From Chloroflexota bacterium (GTDB taxonomy: Bacteria > Chloroflexota > UBA11872 > VXOZ01): a stretch of 64,000 nucleotides of DNA. Both the position numbers and the translations under genes were made by a program. Below are positions 9,700 to 18,821 of the stretch, one piece after another. The stretch is taken from the NCBI GenBank assembly GCA_963662335.2, contig CAXXVD010000002.1:544001-608000 (forward strand). Reading direction: 5' to 3'. Under the pieces are notes generated by a model that searched no databases, was not told where the DNA came from, and saw nothing but the letters and a program-made list of their open reading frames with translations. Every line of letters begins with the position of its first letter. Within the stretch, counting starts at the first letter, position 1.

Positions 9700-10716
9700 C
9701 TAGGCGAGACTCTGACTGAGGCTGGCGAACGCTTCCAGCTTGGCGGCGGCCTGGCCGCTGTCGATGGCGGCGGCGGCTTGCCGCGCGCCCTCTTTCCAGT
9801 CAGTGGCGCGGCCGCTCACGACGAGACCGGCGGCGGCGTTCATGACCACTACGTCCCGGCGTGGACCCGGCGCTCCGGCCATCACGTCGCGCACGTACTG
9901 GGCGTTTTCTGCCACCGAGCCGCCCGCAATTTCACTCACCGGCGCGGTGGCGAGGCCGAAGTCCGCCGGCTCCAGGCGGTAGCTTTGCACACTACTGCCG
10001 TTCCACTCCGTCACCAACGTCGGGCCGCTCAGGGAAATTTCGTCCACGCCGTCGGCCTCGCCGTGCACGACCAGCGCCCGGCGCACGCCCAGCGCGCTCA
10101 GGGCGTGGGCGATGTCATCCGCTTGACCCGGGTCGGCGACGCCGAACACGCGGTAGCTTGCCCCGGCGGGATTGGTGAGCGGGCCGAGGATATTGAAGAT
10201 GGTGCGGATGCCGATTTCGCGGCGCAGCGGCGCGGCGAACTTCATCGCGGGATGGTACGCCTGCGCGAACATGAAGCCAATGCCGACCTGCTCGATACAC
10301 TGCGCCACCGCGTCCGGGCCCAATTCTATCTGCACGCTGAGCGCTTCCAGCACGTCGGCGCTGCCGCAGGCGCTGCTCATGGCGCGGTTGCCGTGCTTCG
10401 CCACCGGCTGGCCGGCCGCGGCCAGGACGATGGCATTGGCGGTGGAGACGTTGAACGTGCCCACGCCGTCGCCGCCGGTGCCGCAGGTGTCGGCAACCGG
10501 TTGGCTGACGGCAACCGGCAGGGCTTTCGCGCGCATGACGCCAAGACACCCGGCAATCTCGTCGGCGGTCTCGCCCTTGGCGCGGAGCGCCGTCACGAAC
10601 GCGCCGAACTGCGCCGGGGTGCAGGCCGCGTCCATGATCTCGGTCATCACTTCAGCCGCTTCGGCGCGGGTGAGCGACGCGCCCTCGATTACCTTGACAG
10701 TTGCTTCAAGTATCAT
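9700..10716 (-). CDS. trpD: Anthranilate phosphoribosyltransferase
   Basis: DTCGTGGDG..TFNVST, AKHGNRA.SS..GSAD.LEAL, RTIFNILGPLTNP. Confidence 0.97.
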   Translation of the reverse strand: MILEATVKVIEGASLTRAEAAEVMTEIMDAACTPAQFGAFVTALRAKGETADEIAGCLGVMRAKALPVAVSQPVADTCGTGGDGVGTFNVSTANAIVLAAAGQPVAKHGNRAMSSACGSADVLEALSVQIELGPDAVAQCIEQVGIGFMFAQAYHPAMKFAAPLRREIGIRTIFNILGPLTNPAGASYRVFGVADPGQADDIAHALSALGVRRALVVHGEADGVDEISLSGPTLVTEWNGSSVQSYRLEPADFGLATAPVSEIAGGSVAENAQYVRDVMAGAPGPRRDVVVMNAAAGLVVSGRATDWKEGARQAAAAIDSGQAAAKLEAFASLSQSLA

Positions 10717-10744
10717 CTCTCCGCTCCCTTATGCGCGGCAGCCG

Positions 10745-11335
10745 CTAGCGTTTTCCGTGTTCATGTTGCTCAACGATATCGAGGAAGTTCTGCAGGAGTT
10801 TTTTGCCCCCAACGGTCAGAATGGACTCCGGGTGAAACTGCACCCCGTACACCGGATAGTCCCGGTGGCGCACGCTCATGATCGTGCCGTCGTCTGCTGT
10901 GGCCGTCACGTCGAGGACCGGCGGCAAGCGCTCCGGATCGATGATCAGCGAGTGGTAGCGCGTGGCGACAAACGGGTTCTCAAGTCCGGCAAAGACGTCG
11001 CTGCCCTGGTGATGGATGAGCGAAGTCTTGCCGTGCATGAGCGTCTGGGCGCGAATCACGTTCCCCCCAAAAACCTGGCCGATACACTGGTGGCCGAGAC
11101 AGACGCCCAGTAACGGCACCTTTCCCGCAGCCTGGGCGATGAGGTCGGTTGAAATGCCCGCCTCAGTGGGCGTGCAGGGGCCTGGCGAGACCACGATGCC
11201 GTCAGGCGATTGCGCCAATACCTCCGCCACCGTCGTCTTGTCGTTGCGCGCCACTGTCATTTCCGCGCCCAGTTCGCCCAGGTACTGCACCAGATTGTAG
11301 GTGAACGAATCGTAGTTATCCAGCATGAAGATCAC
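10745..11335 (-). CDS. trpG: Anthranilate synthase component II (glutamine amidotransferase)
   Basis: [31 protein letters not shown]. Confidence 0.96.
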   Translation of the reverse strand: MIFMLDNYDSFTYNLVQYLGELGAEMTVARNDKTTVAEVLAQSPDGIVVSPGPCTPTEAGISTDLIAQAAGKVPLLGVCLGHQCIGQVFGGNVIRAQTLMHGKTSLIHHQGSDVFAGLENPFVATRYHSLIIDPERLPPVLDVTATADDGTIMSVRHRDYPVYGVQFHPESILTVGGKKLLQNFLDIVEQHEHGKR

Positions 11336-12836
11336 GTTCCATCTCCTCCGCGACGTCGATTGCGCGCATGGTCGAGGCGGCCTTGTTGCAAACTTCCTGG
11401 TACTCTTCTTCGGGGTCGGAGTCCGCCACGATGCCGCCGCCGGCCTGGATGTACGCCGTGTTGTCTTTCACCGTCATCGTGCGAATCGTGATTGCCATGT
11501 CCATGTTGCCGGAGTAGTCGAAGTAGCCGACCGCGCCGCCGTAGGGCCCCCGCGCGGCGCCTTCAAGCTCGGAGATGATCTCCATGGCCCGCACCTTGGG
11601 CGCGCCGGAGAGGGTGCCGGCCGGAAAGCACGAGCGCAAGGCGTCGAAGGCCGTCTTGCCCGGCGCGAGTTCGCCTTCCACTTGCGAGACGATGTGCATC
11701 ACGTGGGAGAACTCTTCCACCACCATGAGCGTCGGCACGTGCACCGAGCCGGGACGGCAGACGCGCCCGAGGTCGTTGCGCCCCAGGTCAACGAGCATGA
11801 TGTGTTCGGCGCGTTCCTTCTCGCTGGCGAGCAATTCCGCGGCCAGCGCGGCGTCTTCCTCCGGCGTGGCGCCCCGGCGGCGGGTGCCGGCGATGGGGCG
11901 GGTGGTGGCGTGGGAGCCCTCCACGCGCACCAGCATCTCCGGCGACGCGCCGACGATCTGCACGTCGTCCAGGTTGAGGTAGAACATGTACGGCGAGGGG
12001 TTGATCATGCGCAGCGCCCGGTAGACCGAATAGGGATGCACGCCCAGGGGCCGGGACCAGCGCAGGCCGAGCACCGCCTGGATGATGTCGCCGGCGGCGA
12101 TGTACTCTTTCGCGGCGCGTACCATCGCGTGGTGGTCCGCCTCGGCCATGCTTGGGGTGGCCGGGCCGGGGGCGCCCGCGCCGCGCACGTTTGGCACCGC
12201 CTGGCGCAGGCGGGCGCCGGTTTCCTCGATCGCGTCCACCGCCGCATCATAGTTCGAGCCAACGTCGCCGTGGGGCGAGACGTAGGCAATGATGGTGAGG
12301 CTGTGCTTCACGTGGTCGAACATGATGAGGCTATCCGTGAACATGAAGATCGCCTCGGGCACGGGCGGCGCGTCCGCGGCCGGCAGGGGCACGCGCGGCT
12401 CGAAGTAGCGCACGGTTTCATAGCCCAAATAGCCTACGGCGCCGCCCTGGAAGCGCGGCAGGCCGGGCATCACGGCCAGAGCGGTCTTGGCGATTTCCTC
12501 TGCCAGCAGCGCCAGCGGATCGGCGTAGGCGCGGGTCTCGCGCGTGCCGTTTTGGGAGCGGATTGCCGTGCCCTTGTCCATGCGGATGGTGGTGGAAGGA
12601 TTCACGCCAATGAACGAGTAGCGGCCCAGGCTTTCGCCCCCTTGCACGCTTTCCAGCAGGAACGAGTAGTCGCCTTGGGCGAGCTTGAGGTAAGCGGAGA
12701 CCGGGGTTTCCAGGTCCGCGGGAATGGTGCGCGATAGCGGCACGGTCAGCCCCTGCGCGGTGAGTGCCTCCACGGTTTCGAAGTCCGGCTGGATGCCCGT
12801 AAATACGGCGCCCGGCGCGGTTTGTACGACAGCCAT
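11316..12836 (-). CDS. trpE: Anthranilate synthase component I
   Basis: LLESV (Trp feedback site), [45 protein letters not shown]. Confidence 0.97.
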   Translation of the reverse strand: MAVVQTAPGAVFTGIQPDFETVEALTAQGLTVPLSRTIPADLETPVSAYLKLAQGDYSFLLESVQGGESLGRYSFIGVNPSTTIRMDKGTAIRSQNGTRETRAYADPLALLAEEIAKTALAVMPGLPRFQGGAVGYLGYETVRYFEPRVPLPAADAPPVPEAIFMFTDSLIMFDHVKHSLTIIAYVSPHGDVGSNYDAAVDAIEETGARLRQAVPNVRGAGAPGPATPSMAEADHHAMVRAAKEYIAAGDIIQAVLGLRWSRPLGVHPYSVYRALRMINPSPYMFYLNLDDVQIVGASPEMLVRVEGSHATTRPIAGTRRRGATPEEDAALAAELLASEKERAEHIMLVDLGRNDLGRVCRPGSVHVPTLMVVEEFSHVMHIVSQVEGELAPGKTAFDALRSCFPAGTLSGAPKVRAMEIISELEGAARGPYGGAVGYFDYSGNMDMAITIRTMTVKDNTAYIQAGGGIVADSDPEEEYQEVCNKAASTMRAIDVAEEMERDLHAG

Positions 12837-12867
12837 TATTCTTCCTCGTGCGGGCCGTTGCTACCTT

Positions 12868-13192
12868 AAACGAAAAATGCTCGTCCCCAAAGGGACGAGA
12901 CATAGCCTCGCGGTGCCACCCTTCTTGGCCGCAATGCGCGGCCCGCTTCGTTTGCTCAAGCACTCCCCGCCAAGCGGTTTCATGCTTGCCCCAAGGTATA
13001 CGGTAGGGGTTCCGGTGGCGCCTACTTGGCAACCGCAGCAAGCAGACGCCTTGCGTCATGCGCTTGCCGGGCCGTCGTTCGGGCCACGGCTCACAGGCCC
13101 ATTCCGCTCACCGCGCGCCGCCGGGATTTCACCAGTTCCCGGCTCTCTGGAGGCCGCCTTGCGAGCGTACTCTTCCTGATCATCGCCTTTGG
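12868..13192 (-). promoter_or_regulatory. Trp-specific T-box riboswitch leader with intrinsic terminator
   Basis: Minus strand: Stem I with AGUA, AGAGAG and GGUGAA motifs; specifier GAA-UGG (13099-13101); T-box AAGGGUGGCACCGCG (12909-12923); terminator CUCGUCCC-UUUG-GGGACGAG followed by a U tract just before trpE. Confidence 0.92.
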
Positions 13193-13212
13193 AATCTTCA
13201 CTTGTGCCTCGT

Positions 13213-13241
13213 ATTCTAGGGCAGCCGCCGCGCGCTGTCAA
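13213..13241 (-). promoter_or_regulatory. Sigma70-type promoter for the trp leader
   Basis: TTGACA-17 nt-TAGAAT directly upstream of T-box Stem I. Confidence 0.85.
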
Positions 13242-14227
13242 GGGCGCGAGAGCACGACGGTGGGCGTGGGCTCGATAATGATGGCCGGCAATGGCGGTTT
13301 CTTGCGCTTGGGCGGGTGCAAGATTTCGGAGACCTTGACGATGCGGTAGCCTTCTTGCTTTAGGTCAGTCAAGATGTCGGGCAACGCCTCCATCGTGTGG
13401 TGGCTGGCCAGATGGGCAAGGATGATCGCGCCGTTCTGGAGTCGCTCGCGGATGCGCTGCCGGATCAGCGCCGGCGTAGCGTCTTCGCGCCAGTCGATGG
13501 TGTCAATCGTCCAGTAGATGCTCCAGTAGCCTTCGCGGACGACGAGGTCGAGGACGTGGGGATTGCGCGCGCCGTAGGGGGCGCGGAACCAGGGCTTGGT
13601 GCTCACGCCCCCAACCCGCTTCACGGCTTCTTCCGTGCGCCGGATCTCGCGGCGGATGGCGTCATCCTCGAGTGTGGTAAAGTCGGGGTGGGCGTAGCTG
13701 TGGTTCCCGATTTCGTGCCCGTCGGCGATCATCTGCTTGAGCAGTTCCGGGTAGCGGTCGGCGAATTCGCCGGTGATGAAGATGGTGACGCGCACGCCGT
13801 GCCGGCGCAGCGTTTCCAGCATGGACGGCGTGAAGGTGGCAGTGGAACCGGCGTCGAAGGTGAGAGCGACCGCGCGCGCCTCAGGGTCTCCGCGGCGCAC
13901 CTCCCAGATGCGGGTTGCGTAAGGAAGGCCCGTGAAGTCCGGCGTGGGAGACGGGGTTGGCGTCGGCGCGGCGGTTGGGATTGGCCGTGCGCCGGTACGC
14001 GTTGCCGGGCCCGGCGCTAAGACTATGGGCGTCGGCGGCGCCGTGGCGGCCGGCGCGCTGCCGCCAAGCGCGGCGCGCTCCGAGCCGGTCGCGCTGCACG
14101 CGGCCAGGACGAGCGCGCCGAGCAGCGGGCGCCACAGCCACGCGGGCACGAGAGACCGCACGCCCGCGAGCGTGTACGGCGCTGTGAGCAAAGCGAAAAC
14201 GCGAGAACGCGGGGACTTCCTAAGCAA
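13238..14227 (-). CDS. Polysaccharide deacetylase (CE4/NodB), probable lipoprotein
   Basis: ALTFDAG, HEIGNHSYAH, FRAPYG, W.IDT.DW, GAIILAH; LVLAAC lipobox and Pro/Thr linker; start uncertain (GTG 14161 is possible). Confidence 0.88.
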   Translation of the reverse strand: MLRKSPRSRVFALLTAPYTLAGVRSLVPAWLWRPLLGALVLAACSATGSERAALGGSAPAATAPPTPIVLAPGPATRTGARPIPTAAPTPTPSPTPDFTGLPYATRIWEVRRGDPEARAVALTFDAGSTATFTPSMLETLRRHGVRVTIFITGEFADRYPELLKQMIADGHEIGNHSYAHPDFTTLEDDAIRREIRRTEEAVKRVGGVSTKPWFRAPYGARNPHVLDLVVREGYWSIYWTIDTIDWREDATPALIRQRIRERLQNGAIILAHLASHHTMEALPDILTDLKQEGYRIVKVSEILHPPKRKKPPLPAIIIEPTPTVVLSRP

Positions 14228-14506
14228 GACACTACCCTTGCAGAGAGCAACAACGCGTAACGACCGGTCGGTGTATTCGAGGAGATTGCAGCGCGGAGCG
14301 GCGGGCCTGGCGAGGATGAACGTGCGCTACACACGTATTCTAGCTTAATGCGAGGCCTGGCGCTAGGCGCTTTGCCCGAGATGAGCCTCCGATTCTCATA
14401 GCGCTTGCCCATTAAATGGTGAAGCGGGGGACAAGCCCCCGCGCTACGTGAGAGGTGGCAGGGGCAATCCGCGCTGCCGGGTCTAAAACGCGCAAAGGAG
14501 AACGCT

Positions 14507-15142
14507 ATGTCCCGCTCGGCGTTGCTGCGGGAACTGCGCGCAGCCAAGCTGACGGCCGTCGTGCGCACCAAGACGGCGGAACAGGCGGTGCAAACGGCGC
14601 AGGCGCTCTACGCCGCGGGCATACGGTTGGTGGAAATCACGTTTACCGTGCCGGACGCCGCGGCCGTGATCGCGGCGGTGGCGGCGGATAGGCCCGCCGA
14701 CTGCCTGGTGGGCGCGGGCACGGTGACGACCGCCGCGCAGGCGCAGGCGGCGCTGGCGGCCGGCGCGCAGTTCATCGTGGGCCCCGTGCACCGGCCCGCC
14801 CTGGTGGAACTGGCGCACGCGGCGGACGTGCCCGCCATCATGGCCGGCCTCACGCCCACTGAAATCCTGGACGTGCATGAGTCCGGTTCCGACATGGTGA
14901 AGGTCTTCCCCATCGACAGCGTGGGCGGGCCGGGCTACGTCAAGAGCGTGCTGGGGCCGTTGCCGGATGTTCCCATCGTGGCCTCCGGCGGCATCGGCTT
15001 CGATAACTACCGCGCCTACCTGGAGGCGGGCGCGGCCGGCGTGGCGCTCGGTTCCGGCCTCATGCCGCCGGCGCTCATCGACGCCGGCGACTATGCCGGC
15101 CTCACGGCCTGCGCGCGGCGGTTCGTGGAGGAATTGGCGTAA
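14507..15142 (+). CDS. eda: KDPG/KHG aldolase
   Basis: VEITF, VGAGTV, AGAQFIV.P, G.TPTEI, VKVFP, GGPGYVKSVLGPLP; AAGGAG RBS. Confidence 0.92.
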   Translation: MSRSALLRELRAAKLTAVVRTKTAEQAVQTAQALYAAGIRLVEITFTVPDAAAVIAAVAADRPADCLVGAGTVTTAAQAQAALAAGAQFIVGPVHRPALVELAHAADVPAIMAGLTPTEILDVHESGSDMVKVFPIDSVGGPGYVKSVLGPLPDVPIVASGGIGFDNYRAYLEAGAAGVALGSGLMPPALIDAGDYAGLTACARRFVEELA

Positions 15143-15173
15143 GCGTGCGCTCGCTGGGGCGTGGCATTCGAGT

Positions 15174-15393
15174 GTCATTCCGAGCGCAGCGAGGAATCTA
15201 GCGCGCGCGGCCAGCAATCGCTATCGTCGGATTGCCAGCGTCGGTAGCGCGGGGGCTTGTCCCCCGCCAGAGGGAGACAGTAGGACGCGATAGGGCTAGC
15301 CCATATGGTACGCAGGTTGCAAACCTGCGCTACCGGACACGCGCGGCGTGGTATTCACTGCCATTCGGCGTAGCGCGGGGGCTTGTCCCCCGC
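15174..15393. repeat. Mosaic cluster of palindromic repeats (families A, C twice, and E) between eda and kdgK
   Basis: gtcattccgagcgcagcgaggaatct; gtagcgcgggggcttgtcccccgc at 15245 and 15370; gcaggttgcaaacctgcgctac at about 15311. Confidence 0.85.
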
Positions 15394-15472
15394 CTCTGCA
15401 GGCGCAAAAGAGGACTGACCGCATCTCCGCCTCTTGACGGCGTTTGCGGTTTTGCACCGGAAAGAATCGGCA

Positions 15473-16408
15473 ATGCCTGACATCCTCTCCCTGGGCGAGT
15501 GCATGGTGGAGTTCTTTGCCGAGGAGCCGCTGGCGGAGGCGGACACGGTGGAGAAGGCGTTCGCCGGCGACGCGCTCAATCTACTGGCGGCGGCGTCGCG
15601 CCTGGGCAGTTCGTGCGGCTTTCTCTCGCGCGTGGGCAACGATCCGTTTCAGCCTTTTCTGCTAAACGGTTGGCGGAGTCTGGGTATTGACACGTCCCAC
15701 GTCAAACGGGTTGAGGGGCGCAACGGCATCTATTTTATCTCCACCTACGGGCACGGTGAACGCGAGTTCACGTATTACCGGGCCGGCAGCGCGCCCAGCA
15801 CCATGACTCCCGATGATATAGACCCCGATTACATCGCGCAGGCGCGGGTGCTGCACGTCAGCGGCATTACGCTGGCTATCTCCGAATCGGCGCGGGCGAC
15901 GGCGCTGGCGGCGGCGCGCATTGCCAATGAGGCGCAGGTGTGCGTGTCGTTTGACCCCAATTTCCGGCCGGCGCTGTGGCCGGCGGAGGCGGCGCGGGCC
16001 GCGGCGGAAGAACTCCTGCCGCACGTGGACATCGCCCTGCCCAGCGGTCCCGAGGAATCGGAGCAGTTGTTCGGCTTGGCGAGCGCCGAGGAAACGGCAG
16101 ACTACCTGCGCGGCTTTGGCGCGTACGCGGTGGCGGTCAAGCTAGGCGAAGGCGGCGTGTACCTGAGCACGGCAGACGGCAAGCGGCACGTGCCCGCGTT
16201 GCCAGTGCCGCGCGTGGCGGACACCACCGGCGCGGGTGACGCCTTCGACGGCGCGTTCTTGCACGGGCTGGTGCGGAACATGCCGCCATTGGAAGCGGCG
16301 CGCCTGGGCGTGGTCATGGCCGGCCTCAAAGTGCGCGGCCGGGGGGCGATCGCCAGCCTGCCGGGGAAGGATGAGGTCGAAGCGGCGCTGGCCGCCTGGG
16401 ACACGTGA
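15473..16408 (+). CDS. kdgK: PfkB-family sugar kinase, 2-keto-3-deoxygluconate kinase-like
   Basis: GECMVE, AGDALN, F.YYRAGSA, SFDPNFRP.LW, DTTGAGDAF; adjacent to eda. Confidence 0.8.
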   Translation: MPDILSLGECMVEFFAEEPLAEADTVEKAFAGDALNLLAAASRLGSSCGFLSRVGNDPFQPFLLNGWRSLGIDTSHVKRVEGRNGIYFISTYGHGEREFTYYRAGSAPSTMTPDDIDPDYIAQARVLHVSGITLAISESARATALAAARIANEAQVCVSFDPNFRPALWPAEAARAAAEELLPHVDIALPSGPEESEQLFGLASAEETADYLRGFGAYAVAVKLGEGGVYLSTADGKRHVPALPVPRVADTTGAGDAFDGAFLHGLVRNMPPLEAARLGVVMAGLKVRGRGAIASLPGKDEVEAALAAWDT

Positions 16409-16541
16409 ATGCCGAGGGGCCGGTGAGCGACGCGCGCCTACTGTCATTCCGAGCGTAAGCGAGGAATCTAGAGCGCAGCGCGAGGACCTATCATCGTGAA
16501 AGCAGAATCCCCAATGTGCCAAAGGCCCTGCGCCTGGTAAC

Positions 16542-16569
16542 GTAGGGGCACGACATGTCGTGCCCCTAC
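16542..16569. repeat. Perfect 28-bp palindrome, family D (GTAGGGGCACGACATGTCGTGCCCCTAC)
   Basis: Copies at about 25586, 34527 and 36790; variant GTAGGGGCGGTTCGCGAACCGCCCCTAC at 38220. Confidence 0.9.
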
Positions 16570-16595
16570 CGATGTCTTACCTGCAAACACGGCGG

Positions 16596-17309
16596 CTAGA
16601 GCAACGGCAGGTCGGCCAGAGAGAGCACCTGCCACCAGTGGCCGGCATCGAGCACCTGGAGCATGAAGCGCGGCGTGCCCAGCGGCGTGATGGTGAACGA
16701 CGGGTCCAGCGGCGGATAGGCCGGGTTGGCGAAGAGTTCCGCGCCGGCTTGCAGCAGGTTATCAAGGGTCAAGGGTTGCTGCGCCGCCGCCACGAGCAGG
16801 GGTTGTCCCAGGGCGATGAGCGCGGCGGCGTCCGCGCCGGGCCGGGGCGCGCCGCGCACGTGGGCGAAGTACTCCACGCCGTAGACGGTTTGCAGATCGC
16901 CGTAGGGATTGTCCGGCGGGCGGTACGCGGCGGCGTAGAGCAGGGCCGGCGCGGGCACGTCGTCTATCTCTACGGCGAAGATGTCGCTCTTGACGTTCAA
17001 GTAGTAGGTCTCGCGGCTGGAAAAGAGCCGCACCTCGCAGCCGGTCTCGGCTTCACCGTGGCGGTGCGCGGCGTCTTGCCACGACTCGCCCGTCGCGCAC
17101 ATGCCGCCGACGCCCCACAGCGGCAGCGCCCGCCCGCCGTCCTCCGCCTCCTGCGCGTAGCGCGGCTCCGGCAGCGTGAAGAGCAGCTTGTTTTGCCGCA
17201 GACCAATGATGCCGGCAAAGCCGGAAGAGCCGGCAAAGCCGGAAGAGTCCGCGAAGCCGGAAGAGCCCGCGAACCGCTGGTCTACCGCGCCAAAGTCACG
17301 GAGTCGCAT
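16596..17309 (-). CDS. Hypothetical protein with degenerate Nudix box
   Basis: GGMCATGESWQDAAHRHGEAETG resembles Gx5Ex7REUxEExG; in-frame 18-bp tandem repeat near the N-terminus. Confidence 0.6.
   Translation of the reverse strand: MRLRDFGAVDQRFAGSSGFADSSGFAGSSGFAGIIGLRQNKLLFTLPEPRYAQEAEDGGRALPLWGVGGMCATGESWQDAAHRHGEAETGCEVRLFSSRETYYLNVKSDIFAVEIDDVPAPALLYAAAYRPPDNPYGDLQTVYGVEYFAHVRGAPRPGADAAALIALGQPLLVAAAQQPLTLDNLLQAGAELFANPAYPPLDPSFTITPLGTPRFMLQVLDAGHWWQVLSLADLPLL
17211..17273. repeat. In-frame 18-bp tandem repeat (about 3.5 units; FAGSSG/FADSSG)
   Basis: gccggcaaagccggaaga twice, then gtccgcgaagccggaaga and gcccgcgaa. Confidence 0.85.
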
Positions 17310-17393
17310 GGGCTGAATGGCCTCTTTGGATGTTGACTCCCCGGTAGCGCAGGTTTGCAACCTGCGAGCTCTGGCGGGGGACAAGCCCCCGCG

Positions 17394-18773
17394 CTACGGG
17401 GAGATAATCGCGCGGATGCGGTCCGCGACCAGTTCCGGCTTGTCGCCGTCCAGGTTGAGCGGATTGATGGAGACGCTGCCTTCCTGGGAGCCGTACTGGC
17501 TGACGGCTATGGCCGGGTCGTCGTCGAAGAGGCGATTGACCAGGTCGATCGCGGAAACGCCGTGCACGGATTCGTCCAGCGTGACGCGCAGGGTCGGATA
17601 GGACGTGCCGTCGCGTCCGACCACCTCGGTAGAAACGCCGGCCACGTCAGCGAGAGCATCGGCGATTGCGTCCAGGCGGCGCAGCCACTCCTGCCGCGCG
17701 GCGGCGTGGTCGCGGCTGACGTATTTCCGCACCGCCGCCAGCAGGCCGGCGATTTCCTCTTTGCCCACCTTCATGGGTCTGCCGATGCCCTGGAGCGGCG
17801 GGCCGAGCAGGCGGCCGCTGTCGAGCAATTGCTCGCGGAGCGTCCACGTTTCCGGCATCACGTCCATGTCCTGGTGCTGGAGCGCCACCGAATCGATGAG
17901 GTCGCGGCGTCCCACCAGGATGCCGGAGGCTTGCGGGCCTTGGATCGCCTTGCCGCCGGAGAAGGAGACCAGGTCCGCGCCCGTGCCAATCAGGCCTTGC
18001 AAGTTTTCGGCGGGCGGCAGGCCGCCGGCCGCGTCCACGATCACGGGCACGCCGTGTTTGTGCGCCACGGCCACGGAGTCTTCCAGGCTCACCGCGCCTT
18101 CCACGGGCATTGCCACCCAGTGCACGGCCACCGTGCGTTCGTTGATGGCGGTCTCGATGTGCCAGGGCTCCGTGTAGCCGCCGGTGGGATGGCCGATGTG
18201 TCCGACCTCGACCAGCTTGGCCCCGGCCGTGCGCAGGGCGTGGTCGTAGGCGTTGCGGTGGATGCGCTGGACGACAACCTCGTTGGGAATTGCGTCAGTA
18301 TCCGGCAGCAGGTTCATCTTGTGGATGTCGAGGCCGGTGATGCAGGCGGCCGTGCCGACCAGCAGGCCCGCCGCCGCGCCCGCGGTAACGTAGCCGGCTT
18401 CCGCGCCGGTGACCGCGGCGAGGTAGGCGCCCGCCGCCTCTTGCAGTTCCTCGATGCGCACGCTCCACTGGGCCGCCTGGCGCATGGCCTCGAGCACGTC
18501 GTCGTCCATGGGCGTGCCGCCGAGACGGGTGAGCGTGCCGGCGGCGTTGATAACGCGCTTCACGCCCAGTTCGTGATAGAAGTCGCCCAGTTCCGCCGGC
18601 AACGTTGCCTTGCGCGAGCGCGCGGCTATCTGCCTGACGTCTTCGCTGTCGAACTGCCAGCGGCGGCTGGTCGCGCCTTGGCTGCCGAGACCCTTCTCCC
18701 GCGCGATTTCAATGACCCGCTGCCCGGTGATGCCGAGCATCGTGGCGGTCTCTTTGGTTGAATAGATCCTCAT
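17394..18773 (-). CDS. SelA/DgaE-like PLP-dependent enzyme with N-terminal HTH domain
   Basis: VINAAGTLTRLGG, VTAGAAAGL, VIVDAA, FSGGKAIQGPQASG (PLP lysine), IGRPMKVGKEEI; residues 1-50 YSTKETATMLGIT…RV…W.F…DV resemble an excisionase/MerR-like HTH. Confidence 0.85.
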   Translation of the reverse strand: MRIYSTKETATMLGITGQRVIEIAREKGLGSQGATSRRWQFDSEDVRQIAARSRKATLPAELGDFYHELGVKRVINAAGTLTRLGGTPMDDDVLEAMRQAAQWSVRIEELQEAAGAYLAAVTGAEAGYVTAGAAAGLLVGTAACITGLDIHKMNLLPDTDAIPNEVVVQRIHRNAYDHALRTAGAKLVEVGHIGHPTGGYTEPWHIETAINERTVAVHWVAMPVEGAVSLEDSVAVAHKHGVPVIVDAAGGLPPAENLQGLIGTGADLVSFSGGKAIQGPQASGILVGRRDLIDSVALQHQDMDVMPETWTLREQLLDSGRLLGPPLQGIGRPMKVGKEEIAGLLAAVRKYVSRDHAAARQEWLRRLDAIADALADVAGVSTEVVGRDGTSYPTLRVTLDESVHGVSAIDLVNRLFDDDPAIAVSQYGSQEGSVSINPLNLDGDKPELVADRIRAIISP

Positions 18774-18821
18774 GGCGATAGTCGCTTCCTCTCCGTATGC
18801 GTGTGCTCTGTGGATTCAGGT

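Noticed and set aside
15174-15393. Recurrent 24-30-bp repeats as a possible CRISPR array (also 25586-25786, 36703-36980)
   Set aside because: Mixed families, both orientations, irregular spacing, no leader and no cas1/cas2; they behave as REP-like elements
17394-18773. Selenocysteine synthase selA
   Set aside because: No selB/selC/selD nearby; motifs (NAAGTLTRLGG, GRPMKVGKEEI) fit the DgaE-like subfamily
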